Assembly: GCF_018350175.1 (NCBI RefSeq)
Contig: NC_058377.1
Span: forward strand, 104,842,001-104,906,000
Length of the DNA: 64,000 nt
Direction: 5' to 3'
From: Felis catus
Lineage: Eukaryota
Positions 1-11,900 of this stretch are shown here, in pieces. Positions within the stretch are counted from its first letter, which is position 1, and every line of letters begins with the position of its first letter. The notes under the pieces were generated by a model. The model had not been told where the DNA came from. It was given only the letters and a program-made list of their open reading frames with translations, and did no database searches. Position numbers and translations under genes: made by a program.

Positions 1-1746
1 CGTCAGTATTGTGACTGTTGTTAGCAGGTCCCCTAAGGTCACACACGAGGCCAGGCCATGCAGGACTCCCAATCCCCCGGGGCCACTGGGGCACAAACAA
101 GGCCCCACCTGAAGGACGGGGGTGAGTCAGCCGGCCTGGGGGATGGGAGTGGAAGGAAGAGGCTGTGCCTTTAAGACATGCGCCCTCCCTGTCCACAGCA
201 CCCCCAGAGCTTGCCTCTCTGCAGCTTCTCTGTGCAGCCCTTTGCTCCCACAACCGTGGCGTGTGGGGTATGTTGACTTTGACCGGTGGAGCCAGCCCCT
301 CCTCTCATAGTTGGAGAGGAAATAAGATAAGAGGAGGGAGAGAGCTAGGCATGAGAACTACCAGACTGGGGCTCTGGAGGCCCAATGGGGCTGAAAGACT
401 GCCATCTGCCCAAGGGCGCCGGGCCACCCTCCTGCCCCAGGAAACCCATTCCTTTACTGACTCACGCATTCATTCAGCAGGTAGTGATTGAGAAACTACT
501 CAGGTGAGCGCTGGGGAAGCCAGCCTCTGGCAGATGTGCGGACACCCCTGATGTGCACACCCGCAGCTTCATCAAAACCCCAAGACTTCCTGATGTGAGG
601 CTGGTTGAGATCCACAAGGGCAGGGGGGCAGGGGGGTGGTGGGGGAGGCTGCCGGCAGGAGGCATAGGATGGCTGGCAGGGATTGGGAATTCAGATTGTC
701 CTGAGGCCCCACTATGCGCCAGAGATTCTAGTAGGTCCTTTACATAAGCGCTCCCTTGCTCAGGACTCTAGAAAAAAGGCACTAGACCTTCACTCCATCC
801 CATTTTACAGGCGTGGAAGCCGAGGCTCAAGCCACTCAAATAACAGACAAGCGGGGAAGCAACAGTTTAACGCTCACTGTGTTCTCTTTCCTCTACCTCT
901 GCCGTAACCAAGAAGAGAAGGAAGCGGGGGGTGGTCTTCAGTACTCACATTTCCAGGGGTAACACTGTTGGCCGGGATGAGAAAACCCACAGTCTTCTCC
1001 AGGTAGCATGGGCCTCTGGAAGGCGAGGCCCCAAGAGATCAGACTAGACTCTTCCAAGCAGATGAGCCCCAGGATCGCAGACAGGTCGGGGCGGGGGGAG
1101 CAGTTAGGCCCGTGCTCCCCAAGAATGCTTACGCTTCTCAAGCTTTACAGTTTGCAGAACAATTAACCGGTGACCCTGTGACACCCCATTTTTCGGAAGA
1201 GAAAACTGAGGTCCAGAGAAGCATAGCAACTTGCCCACCATTCCTCAGCTGCAGTGGTACAGCTGGGACTCCACCCTGCAGACAGATGAATGCCATCCCC
1301 TCTCTGCACTGGAACATTCCCTTCAGCGCAGCAGCCTCTTGCCAGGTCTCATGGGGATGCTCAGAGAGCACAGTCCTGCTACACCCTGGGGACCCATCGG
1401 GATCAGTCTTTCTGGCTGCATGGAGTCGGCCCCCAGCCTCCCGGGAGTCTTGTGGAGCCCAGCAGCCAGGGTCCTGCTTTGGGCGGGGGTTAGGGGCAGG
1501 GAATGCAAGCTTTTAGAGTCAGTTGCCCTAAGACTGCCCCTGTCATCCTCCCACCCAGACTGCTGTGAGTCTGGAAAGAGAGGCTTTTGTGCTTACCCCT
1601 GTGCCCTCTGCTTCTCTGAGCAGTGTGTCCCCTCCAGTCTTCGGGAAACCCAGCCCTCTGCCATCCTGACTGTTAAAACTGTGCCTTCGTGGATCCAGAG
1701 AGGGCACTAAGGCTGCCGAGCCCCTGGGCTATTATTGCTTCCTTAC

Positions 1747-1860
1747 CTGGGCACAGAAGGAGCACAGGATTCCAGCCCCAGAGACAGCTTCTAGTGGCAG
1801 CCAGACGAGTCACCGAGTCACCGGCAGGCAGAGGCAGGGGAGTGGGGCTGAGGGAGGAAA
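1747..1860 (-). other. PTGDR2: PTGDR2 (CRTH2/DP2) non-coding exon 1; the coding exon lies left of the window and bases 1-1746 are its intron
   Basis: Minus strand reads ...GGGGCTGGAATCCTGTGCTCCTTCTGTGCCCAG|GTAAGG, which matches the recalled human PTGDR2 5'UTR and ends in a strong donor at 1746-1741. Position and orientation upstream of ZP1 fit synteny. The 5' end is approximate. Confidence 0.75.
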
Positions 1861-2030
1861 CAGCTATCAGCTCCGGAGTGTGTGTGCGCGTGTGTGTGCG
1901 TGCGTGCATGCGCGCGTGTGTGTGTGTGTGTGTGTGTGTGTTTAGGGGTGGGGTCTGGGGAGGCGGGGACAGCGGAGGCTGACTTGTCACACTGGTATTC
2001 CAGTAACATTTATCTCCATCAATGGGAAAG
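1855..2030 (-). promoter_or_regulatory. PTGDR2 proximal promoter with GATA (1864-1869, 2010-2015) and NFAT-like GGAAA motifs
   Basis: CTATCA and TTATCT (WGATAR on the minus strand) and GGAAA lie next to exon 1. CRTH2 is an established GATA3 target. Confidence 0.45.
1878..1941. repeat. Alternating purine-pyrimidine (GT/GC)n microsatellite
   Basis: About 64 nt of gtgtgtgtgcgcgtg...gtgt. Confidence 0.95.
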
Positions 2031-3796
2031 GGACGTAACTGCCGGCAGCCCGTGCTCAACCCCCTCCCTTTACACAGGAGATTTGGCAGAAGCCCCAGGT
2101 CGGTACGCGTGCCCGTGGGGGAATGGGAGTGTGCATCGGGGGCTGCATTTTTGAGCGACCGCTGCGTGGGAGAGAGGCATGAGGAAGAGGACATCTTGGG
2201 CACATGTCCACCGTCCTGGCTGCCCTCTCCTCACCCCAGAATCCTCAGGAAGGCAGGGCGCGGCAGTGGGCAGAGCGGGGCCGGGCCAGCCCTGCAGCCG
2301 CAGCTGGGAGGTGAGCCACTTCCACTTGCCAGGCCGGGTTTGGCCATCCGTGAGCAGAGCGACAGCGTCTACCTCGAAGGCTTGGCAGCGAGGTGCCTCC
2401 GTTCACAGAGCGCCCCGCCACACGGGAGGTGCTCTTAGAAGTCAGTCCTTGTCCCCTCCGGGGAGGAAATGGATAGAGGCTATAGGGCGAGGGCAATACA
2501 GCTTTTATTTAAAGTGGGCTGTGAGCTGACAGAGCTTTATAAGTTTGCATTTAATTGCTCCCCAGGTCCTTGCTGACCAAGCTTCCTGGGGTCAGGAACC
2601 GTTCCTTCAAACCCAGCGTCCCAGCACGTCGGAGGGTCTCAGTAAAACATGTTTAAAACCCCAGTGTCCCCCGTATCAGGGCAAGGCACCCCCTCCCACG
2701 GGATTGAGTGTACAGGAATCTTCCGCTTAGACACAGGCTTAATTTCAGGGCCTGGAGCTTCACGAACTTGCTGAGAGCCTGCGATCCTGAGTGAAGAATG
2801 TATAAAATACCAGGACCGTGTGATGGGGACAATATTTCTCGCTGCAGCCCAAGGTGGCAGATCGGTAAGAGCCTTGATTATCCAAAATATGAGCGCTGGG
2901 AGGCGTCCTTTCCTGTAGGTCACAGGGGGCTTGGTCTTGGAGGCAAGTGCCTACAGCCCTCCCAAGAAAGTAGGCAGGTGCCTCCATTCTGCTTTAGGGA
3001 AAGGAGCACCCACCCCACCCCTGCCCTGCTGACCCATGAACATCCTCTAAGGTCATGCAGTGGAGGGTGGTGGGTAAACTCGGGGACTCTGGGGCCCGAC
3101 CGCCTGTGTTTGGGTCCGGCACTGCCACTCCCTGGCGTGTGACTTGGGCAAGTAACTTCACGGCAGTAGAATTTTTACAAAGGACTCCTGCCCAGCCCCT
3201 TCCCCAAAGTGCAGAAGTCGGTGCACAAATTGCTTTGGGGGCTAAAAAAGAATCCCCCCCCCTTCATCCCCCTCCCTCCCCACTGGATCTCTGCCCTCCC
3301 TTGCCCCCTTGTGCAGTGAACATCTTGCACAATCTCTCAGGGCAGCCCCGCTAAGGGGCTTCGTACCTGAAATCTTCATTCCTCAGGCCTTTCCCCCAAC
3401 CCTTGTTTCCAAGTGGCTCATCTCCCAACCCTCCTCCCTGAGGACAACTTAAAAGCTGCTGAAACAAACAAAAAAGTACTCCAGATGAACAGGGCCCTAA
3501 GGCATTTTCTAAAGAAGGAGGCAGTGACGTTTGTCCCCGTGGGGCCCCTCGGCTGCACTCCCACGGTGGAGACAGACCTCTGGGAACGTATTCCCAGAGC
3601 CCGTGTGCCACCCACAGTCTCTACGTGTACGATGCTGGGGTGCGACGAGCCTCCTCCCGGCTGGTTGCAGGAACCAACAGCCTGCGTCTGCCCCTCTGAG
3701 AGCAAGCCTCGGGAGCAGAGGGAGCCTGGGGCGGGGCCTTGCTGGCTGGAAGCAGAGGACAGGAGCCTCCAGCGACCAAGTGTCAAGAGCACAGGC

Positions 3797-4011
3797 TGGG
3801 GGCCTCAGTCAGTTAAGCGTTCAACTTCAGCTCAGGTCATGATCTTGCGATTCATAAGTTCGAGCCCCGAGTCCAGCTCTGTGCTGACGGCTCAGAGCCT
3901 GGAACCTGCTTCAGATTCTCTCTCTGCCTCTCCCCCACTCTCTCTCTCTCTCTCTTTCTCTCTCTGTCTCTCTCAAAAATAAACATTAAAGAAAAAATTT
4001 AAAAAAAGAAA
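3797..4011 (+). mobile_element. CanSINE (SINEC, feliform type)
   Basis: tRNA-derived head (ctcagtcagttaagcgttcaacttcagctcaggtcatgatc), (CT)n tract, AATAAA and A-rich tail. Confidence 0.9.
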
Positions 4012-4899
4012 GAGTGCCAAGGGCCCTCACGGAGAGCAGGGTCCGGAGGAGGGTGACCCAGGCCTTTGGCGAGGGCCTGAAATAAATGGCAGAGACCAGT
4101 AATGTGCAGCTGAGTGTACATCTCCCAGAGGGCTTGTTGAACCCAGGACGCTGGGCCTTACCCCAGAGCGTCCGGTCCAGCAGGTTGCATTTCCGTCAGG
4201 TGCCCCGGGAGATGCCGGGGCTGCTGGTTCAGGGGGACCACAGAGGTCGCTGACCCACTGCAAAGGAGAATCAGGGTCCTTGGGGTCTGGTATTAGCCGA
4301 GGGCCTTCCGTGACCTCCCTCCCTCCTGCTTCGAGGATCAGAGGAAATAATGAGCCAACTGCTCAGCTCACGGCCCCCACGGGGCAGGGATGCACAAACC
4401 AGCTGCCATTTCGTTATTTTCAGTGCCGTGTGCTTTGATCTCAGTCTCTTCCCGACTCCAGACAGATTGCATTTGCCTTTCCCACTCACATATTGGCTGA
4501 GAACCTCATTCTGGAAGCAACTGAAGGCCACACCGTAAGCGGTGAACCACAAGATCTCTGTGAAAGAAAAGTCAAGCCCTGTGCTCCAGAGACCGTCAAA
4601 GTCGGTATTGTTATTACCTGCTGTGGCTGTGTTCCCCGTTTCCAGGGCTTTCGTCGCAGGCCTATTTTTTGAGGGGTCACCACCCAACCCACTACCGATA
4701 GCACTAGCTAACATTTATGGGGTACCCACTACGTGTCAGGCACCCCGCTCGGCACTTCACATGTATCGTCCCGCCAGCCTGGAGAGGCCCCGTCCTCCCG
4801 TGGCACCCTCCTTCTGTCCCTGGCTTCCACGAGCAGGAGAGACAGGACGGAGAACTCAGCCCGTCTGGCTCACGGCACCCCAGCGAGGTTGATCTTTAT

Positions 4900-5128
4900 C
4901 TTTTTCTTTTTTTTTTAAGTTTATTTCTTTATTTTGAGAGAGAGAGAGAAAGAGAGCACAAGCAGGGAAGGGGCAGAGAGAGAAGGAGAAAGAATCCCAA
5001 GCCGGCTCCAGGCTCTGAGTGGTCAGTGCAGAACCCAACGCGGGGCTCGATCTCACAAACCGTGAGACCGTGACCTGAGCCAAAACCGAGAGTCGGACGC
5101 TTAGCCGACTGGGCCACCCGGGCGCCCC
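4900..5128 (-). mobile_element. CanSINE (SINEC)
   Basis: Reverse-complement head ending ...gccacccgggcgcccc, (GA)n and T-tail. Flanked by near-identical aggt(t/g)gatctttat, a likely target-site duplication (TSD). Confidence 0.9.
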
Positions 5129-6189
5129 TAGGTGGATCTTATTCTTAATTCCATTTTACAGATTAAGTAAGTGAAGCCCCGTTTTAAAAAATGAAATATA
5201 AAACGGTAAGAAGAAAATAGAGTGGTAAGAAGAGATGAGCAAACTGAGGTTTAGAAAGAGGCCAAGTGGGAAGCCGAAATCCCAAGTCTGGTCACTCTGA
5301 TCTGACCCTCTTTCCTCCGCAGTAAGAACAGCGGTGGCTTTTATTGCCACTGTGTTCAAGTGATGCAGGCTTTGCTCTCAACGCTGCACGTGGGTCTTTT
5401 CATTTCACCTTCATGGCCAGCCTGCGAGTTAGGTAGTTATTGGCCCCCTTACGCAGATGAGGAAATCAAGGCAACACGGTCTCCAATGGGTGAGCAGAGG
5501 AGCTGACATCCTTCCCAGGCTGATGAGCTGTGGTGCCCGTGAGCCTTTGCAAGAATTGGAATCCTCACCAAGGGTTCAGGGCTCCCCCTCTCCAGGACAG
5601 CTTGGCACAACTTTTCCAAAGGCATCCTTCCGCCCTTGGCTGTGAGGAAGTTCCCTTGCTCTTTTCCTGCGTTTCCAGGGCCTCGGGGGACACATTGCCT
5701 TCGTGTGCAGGGACCTTTCTGTATATCAGATTCCATCCCTACCGTAATCATTCCCATTTCTACTTTACTGGTGGGAGCAGGTCCCTTTGCCCCCTGAGCA
5801 GTGAGCACAGGACAGCATCCGGGTTCTCCGCTCCTCTGGCGGGGGCTGGGGGGGTGGTGGGGTTTCTCCACCACCTGAGCCCTGTTTCCTCCCAGGGAGA
5901 CCGCTCTGTTATGGCGGAAAAGCCATACACGTGGAAGGAATGATGGAGCCAGGAAATCACCGCACCCGTGGGTGACTGTTTGCTAAGGAGCAAGGTGGTC
6001 ACATACCCAGTCTCCAGGTGTCTCCTATGTTCGAAGAGAAACAGTAACTTGACCGCAGAGGCACCTGGCAGACCGCATCCCACCCAAGTGTTTGGATTTA
6101 TATCAGCAGCCATAGGACAAACCAGCATGATGAGCCTCCTGACAGAATGCCCTGAGAAGGACACAATGTCACTTCTAGGCTATTCCTGC

Positions 6190-6437
6190 CCATTACGGGC
6201 TGAATTGTTCCCCCCCGCCCCCTCTTTTGTATGTGGAAGCCCAACCCCCCAGCACCTTGGAATGTGGCTGTATTTGGAGACAGGGCCTTTAGGGGGTGAT
6301 TAAGTTAAAATAAGCCTGTGAGGGTGGGCTCTAATCCAGTCTGACTGGTGTCCTTATAAGAGGAGGAAATCTGGACCCACAGAGAGCCAAGAGAAGACCA
6401 CATGAGCACACGGCGAGGAGGCAGCCATCGGCAAGCC
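6190..6437 (+). mobile_element. MaLR solo LTR, MLT1B-like; 3' part falls in the N-gap
   Basis: gggctgaattgt...gtatttggagacagggcc...taatccagtctgactggtgtccttataagaggaggaaat resembles the recalled MLT1B consensus. Confidence 0.75.
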
Positions 6438-6594
6438 NNNNNNNNNNNNNNNNNNNNNNNNNNNNNNNNNNNNNNNNNNNNNNNNNNNNNNNNNNNNNNN
6501 NNNNNNNNNNNNNNNNNNNNNNNNNNNNNNNNNNNNNNNNNNNNNNNNNNNNNNNNNNNNNNNNNNNNNNNNNNNNNNNNNNNNNNNNNNNNNN
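6438..6594. other. Assembly gap (157 N)
   Basis: Run of N. Confidence 1.
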
Positions 6595-7130
6595 GCATAG
6601 CCTGGATCTAAGCAGGAGGAAATGCCAGACAAAGCCGAGGGAGGGCCATCCTGTAAAGAAACTGGCCTGTACTCCTCAAAACATCAAGGGTATGAAGAAC
6701 AAAGAATCACGGACTGTGCCAGGTTGGAAAAGCCTAAAGAAGCACCATCTTGGTCTCGTATTGGATCCTGGTCGAGGAGAAACAAACTTTGCCCTTTGCT
6801 ATAAAAGTCACAATTAGGACAGTTGGGGAGCTGAGTAAGGTTTGTACGTGAGACACTGGTGTTATGCCAGTGTTGATCTGGTTTGGATCATTTTCCTTGT
6901 GTTTTAGGAAGTACCGTCTGCAGTGTTTGGGGGTAAAGGAGGACCATCTGCAACCGGCTCTCAGATGAGAAGGGAGAAAGTGTGGATGTGGGTGTCTGTG
7001 TACATAACAGAAAGAGCTAAGAGGAAGAGCTAAAACAAACGTGAAGAGACACAGCGTTGAAAGATAAAGTGCAACTGAGTACGTTTTAAACGTCCCCTTG
7101 GCTTTCTGCGACCATTCATGAATCTGGCAA
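6595..7130 (+). mobile_element. Ancient L1 (L1MC/L1ME-like) 3' fragment
   Basis: gccagacaaagcc...aactggcctgtactcctcaaaacatcaagg...tggatcctgg resembles old L1 3'UTR sequence. Subfamily uncertain. Confidence 0.55.
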
Positions 7131-7214
7131 CATCCAGTCTAACAGGAAGGCGCCCTGAGGAGCTGTCCAAAAAGACTTTTCTAGGCAGAAGGGAGCGAGG
7201 GCTCGTGTTCACCA

Positions 7215-7322
7215 GAAGCGGGGCTTGAGCTCACCTAATGTGGGACTCGAACTCACAAACCATGAGATCATGCCCTATACCGAAGTCAGATGCTTAACTG
7301 ACTGAGCCACCCAGGCACCCCC
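7215..7322 (-). mobile_element. Truncated CanSINE
   Basis: ggactcgaactcacaaaccatgagatcatg...ctgagccacccaggcacccc. Confidence 0.8.
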
Positions 7323-8686
7323 TTTTGTCTTGTTTTTAACAACAGCTAACATTCAAGGAATCTACGTGAAGGGTATAGGGAGATTCTTTTCAGTAAGTCT
7401 GAAATGCTTTCAAACTAACTTTAAAGCCTTCCCTTGTCCTTCAGGAAAAACCCCCCTCACCAGCCCCGCCCCCTCCAGGGGCCCAGACCAGCCTGAAGTC
7501 CACATTTGCAGCCCTATGCCTTCATCTCCCCCAATTCCCTCTGCCTCAACACAGTACCCCCACCACCACCCCCTGTGCCCCCCACACTTCTGACCACCCC
7601 TACCCCGGCCTGGCCCATCCCTTAACCCGCTCTCTACCCCGGGTGACCCACCGAGCTTCCCCCACGTAAACTCTCGTCACGGCAGACCTCGTCACCGCCA
7701 AGCGCTAAGTCGTGACCACAGAGAACTTGTCCCGCCCGTTCTTCGTCGCCATCCGTCTTTCTGTCCGCACTGCGAGGTTGGATTATCATCCCCAATTCAC
7801 AAGCCGGAAAAGGAAGCAGAGAAAAGTGACGTGGCCCGGCTAGAAAGAAGCAGGGGCTGGGTTGGAGCCTGACTCTTAAGGACCGAGCCACCACGCGCCA
7901 GCTGCCGTGGCCCACGCTCAGCGGCATTGGCTAAGGCTGGTGGGGCCGGGGCGAGGCGCTCCCCTGACATGAGGACGGCGGTAATGAGGCTTTGGGACAG
8001 CCTGGCCCGTGGGGAGCCCTGCCACCTGTGAGCCAGTCTGCTTGTGGTTAATAGACTTTACTTCTCTGAACTGCCCAGGATTTAGCACAGAGGTCCCAGG
8101 TTCCCCGCACCCAGGGCCCCGTACAGTTACCATCTCACATTGGGGCAGTACGTTTATTGGTTGATGAACCACTGTCGATCCACTGTTACGAACCTAAGTC
8201 CCATTTCCTTGGCCTCTACCTAACGTCCTTGTTCTGCGCCAGGATCCCATCCAGGAGGCCCCGTTATATTTATTGTCCGTCCTTGTTATTTTCCATTAGT
8301 AACAGCCACGGTCCCATTGATGTCCTGACCCTCAGGACAGCCCCGTGAGGGGCCACTAGTCTGTTTACCAACCTGTCCGCCCACCATCCATCTGCACGCT
8401 CTTAGGGCAGGGGCAGTGTCTCGGCCTCTGGGGCCTGCACAGCCGTCCGAGGGCCCGGTTAGTAAATTAACCCAGCCTGCTGCCCGCCCCCACGGCCCCC
8501 GCAGCTCTCGGTGGCCCGGAGGCCCCAGTGCAGACAGGAGGCCCTGAAGAGCCAGACTGGGCAGGGAAGGGATGATGAGGGACTTGGAACCACCCCCTCC
8601 GCCTGCCTGCAGCCTCAACCGTACCAGAAGATTCCCTCCTCCCCACCTCCCAGCCAGGATCACTCAGCGGAGCCAGCATCAACCCC

Positions 8687-8692
8687 CAGCTG
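8687..8692 (+). promoter_or_regulatory. E-box CAGCTG about 200 bp upstream of the ZP1 transcription start (FIGLA/E-protein site)
   Basis: Position matches the conserved E-box at about -200 in ZP1/ZP2/ZP3 promoters, which is bound by FIGLA. Confidence 0.7.
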
Positions 8693-8863
8693 TTAGGCAG
8701 GAAGTCAGGGTGAGGGGCAATTTTCAGAGCACCTTCAGGGCCCGGGCCTGGGAGGGTGCCTTCTTTGGCCTTCAGGGAGGGAATTTCACCAGAGCCCCTG
8801 GTGGCCAGGCTCCTCCAGGTGGCCCCCCTTTGCCCCTAGAAGTTTCCAGTCACCACCTCCCCC

Positions 8864-8870
8864 ATATAAG
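8864..8870 (+). promoter_or_regulatory. ZP1 TATA box (ATATAAG)
   Basis: TATAA-containing element 40-67 nt upstream of the candidate start codons. Confidence 0.75.
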
Positions 8871-8930
8871 GCCTGGGCGTCACCGGGCCATGAGTGAGTG
8901 GGGGTCGTTATGGTGGCCGTGGTGTATCTG

Positions 8931-11900
8931 ATGACGAGAGCCTCGGCCATGGTCTGGGATGGCTGCGTGGCATTGCTGCTGCTGCTGGTGGCCGCTCTGG
9001 GGCTGGGGCAGCGGCCGCACCCTGAGCCTGGTCTCCGGGGCCTGCGGCACAGCTCTGACTGTGGGATCAAGGGCATGCAGCTGCTGGTGTTCCCCCGGCC
9101 GGGCCAGACCGTCCGCTTCAAGGTCGTAGGTGAGCGTGGCTGAACACGGGTCCCCACCTTCCGTGCAGCAGGACGAGGAGAGGCCCCTCGGCCCCCACTC
9201 TGTCACCACACTGGGGAGGGGGAGGAGGAGGGAGGAAGGTGAGTTGCCAGCCTCAGTTTCCCTGGTCACCCAGGGCCTCTTTTCCCACGGCGAGTGTTCA
9301 CGACCATCTTGCTGAGAGGCAGGCGTTGGTTTCGCTAGGGCCCAGGCTCTGCGTCGGTGACCACGGTCAGCTGATGCCCAGGCTGCTGGCCCACAGGCCC
9401 CTCTGAGGGGCAGGGCCCCGGTGGTCGTGGCCTGGTATGGAGAAAACGGGAGTGGGTTTGGAGGGGGGATTTGAATCTGCAGCTTCTCAACTTTGTGTTC
9501 TTGAACAAGTGACCTGACCTCTCTGAACCCGTTTCCTTAACTGTAAGATGGGAACGGTGACCCCAGCCTCGCCATGTGCCCTGAACAGGAGTTCAGGGGT
9601 CATGCCTGCCCCCGAGGGGTGCCCTGGTGCTCTGGGTGGGCAAGGTGGGTGGACACCCAGCAGGTGTTCCTCCCCCCCCCCCCCCCATGACTGCAACAGC
9701 CAGTGAACCTGGCAGACAGGGTCACAAGATCCCAGTTCCAAATCCTTCTGCCCCTCATTGTGTGCAGCTGAAAAGACTCACACTCAGTGCCTCAGCCACA
9801 GAACGGGGATCCCTGACTTTACAAGAACAGGTCTAAAATCCCCAGCCCAGGGGCCCCCCGGGTGGCTCAGTCAGTAAAGCGACTGCGGCTCAGGTCATGA
9901 TCTCACGGTTCGTGGGTTCGAGCCCGGCATCGGGCTCTGTGCTGACAGCTCAGGGCCTGGAGCCTGCTTCCGATTCTGTCTGTCTGTCTGTCTGTCTCCC
10001 TCTCTCTCTCTCTGTGCCCCCACTCACATTCTATTTCTCTCAAGAATAAAGAAACATTAAAAAAAACTTTTTTAAATAAATACCCAGCCTGCTGCCTGGG
10101 ACTGTACTAACCTTTTCTCCTCCAAGTTTTCATTCCTGCTTGCCATCCAGTACTGTTAACGGGGAACCACAGCGGGAAGGATCCTAAGACCAGCTGAAGC
10201 TATTCCCTTACAGATGGGCAAACTGAGACCAGAGGGGAGGGGCCTGGCCAAGAACACACCGGCAGCGAGTCGCCAAGCTAAGGCTGAAGCTGGGGTCTCC
10301 CAATCCCGAGTGGGGTTTTCTCAGCGGTCACCAGCAGCCCCTGGCTTCACCCTTCAGCACTGCTGGCCCTCCCAAACTTCCATCCCTGTCTCCCCTGCCT
10401 CAGATGAATTTGGGAACCAATTCGAGGTCCACAACTGCTCTGTCTGCTACCACTGGGTCACCGCCAGGCCCCTGGGACCCTCCGTCTTCTCTGCTGACTA
10501 CAGAGGTTGCCACGTGCTGGAGAAGGTAGGGATCGCTGCTGAGCTCGGGGCAGGCCCCACGGCTGGGAGCCAGCTTGACCTCACACAAGCCCGAGAGGGA
10601 GCTCGGGATCGCTGTGCTGGTCACGCCCGCCTGTGGGCTGGTGACCGGGGCTAGCCCACAAATCCAGCTCCCTGCCTGACGCCCTCCTCTGCCTGGGAGG
10701 CCCGGTGGCCTCACCTAGCTGCTCTCTGGTCACCTTCTCACCTGCAGGGCGGGCGCTTCCACCTGAGGGTGTTCGTAGAAGCCGTGCTGCGCGACGGTCG
10801 AGTTGACGCGGCAGGAGAGGTCACCCTGATCTGTCCTAAACCTGGCCACACCTGGACTCCGGAGTCCCACCTGGCCTCACGCACAGGCTTCTCCCTGCCT
10901 ACCCCTCATACCCAGCCCCTCCGCCCCACCCAGGAGCACAGCTTCACCCGTCCGACCCCTGCCCTGCTGCCCCTTAGACCTGGAGCCACCCGTCCCACCC
11001 TGACTCTGCCCCAGTGGGACATCTTGGAACACTGGGGGGTTGACGAGCCCCTTCACCCAGGTAGGTAGGACTTCTCCGTGCGTGTACTGTGTCTGGGCCT
11101 TCTGGAGCAGCGAACTGCCTGATCGCCCTTGACTGGGCCCAGGAAGCCAGCTGCCTCTTTCCCTTGGAAGTCTCCTGCCCAGTGTGGCCCTTTCTTGTGT
11201 CCTCACCACTCTGTTCCCTCCCCAGGGGCACCTCTGACCTGGGAGCAGTGCCAGGTGCCCTCTGGGCACATCCCCTGTGTGGTGAGAAGAGGTTCGAAGG
11301 AAGCCTGTCAGAAGGCTGGCTGCTGCTATGACAATAGCAGAGCAGTTCCCTGTTACTATGGCAACACAGGTAGGCCTTTCTACACCTGAAACCGGAAGCC
11401 ATGAGGACGGGAGGGCTTCCTCCCCTGCCCCTCCCCCAACACCGCAACTGCTTCACACCTAGTCCCTAGGAGAGCCCGAGCCCCCGAATGGAGAATGGGC
11501 CACAGACGGTACCTTTAGATGGGGGGACCACAGGTCCCAGCTTGCCTGATAACCGTTGTCCCAAAGAACTAGTAGCAGATCTAGCTTTTTTTTTTTTTTT
11601 TGTAACATTTATTTATTTTTGAGAGACAGCGCAAGCAGGGGAGGGGCAGAGCGAGAGGGAGACACAGAATCCGAAGCAGGCTCCACGCTCCGAGCTGTCA
11701 GCACAGAGCCCGACGCAGGGCTCGAACCCACGAACCATGAGATCACGACCTGAGCCGAAGTCAGACACTTAACCGACTGAGCCACCCAGGCGCCCCCCTA
11801 ATAGATCTGTCTTTGCATGTACCCCTACCTTTTAGATCTAGAACATTCCAGTTTACTTTTTTAAATTTATTTAAGTAATCGCCACAACCCAACGTGGGCC

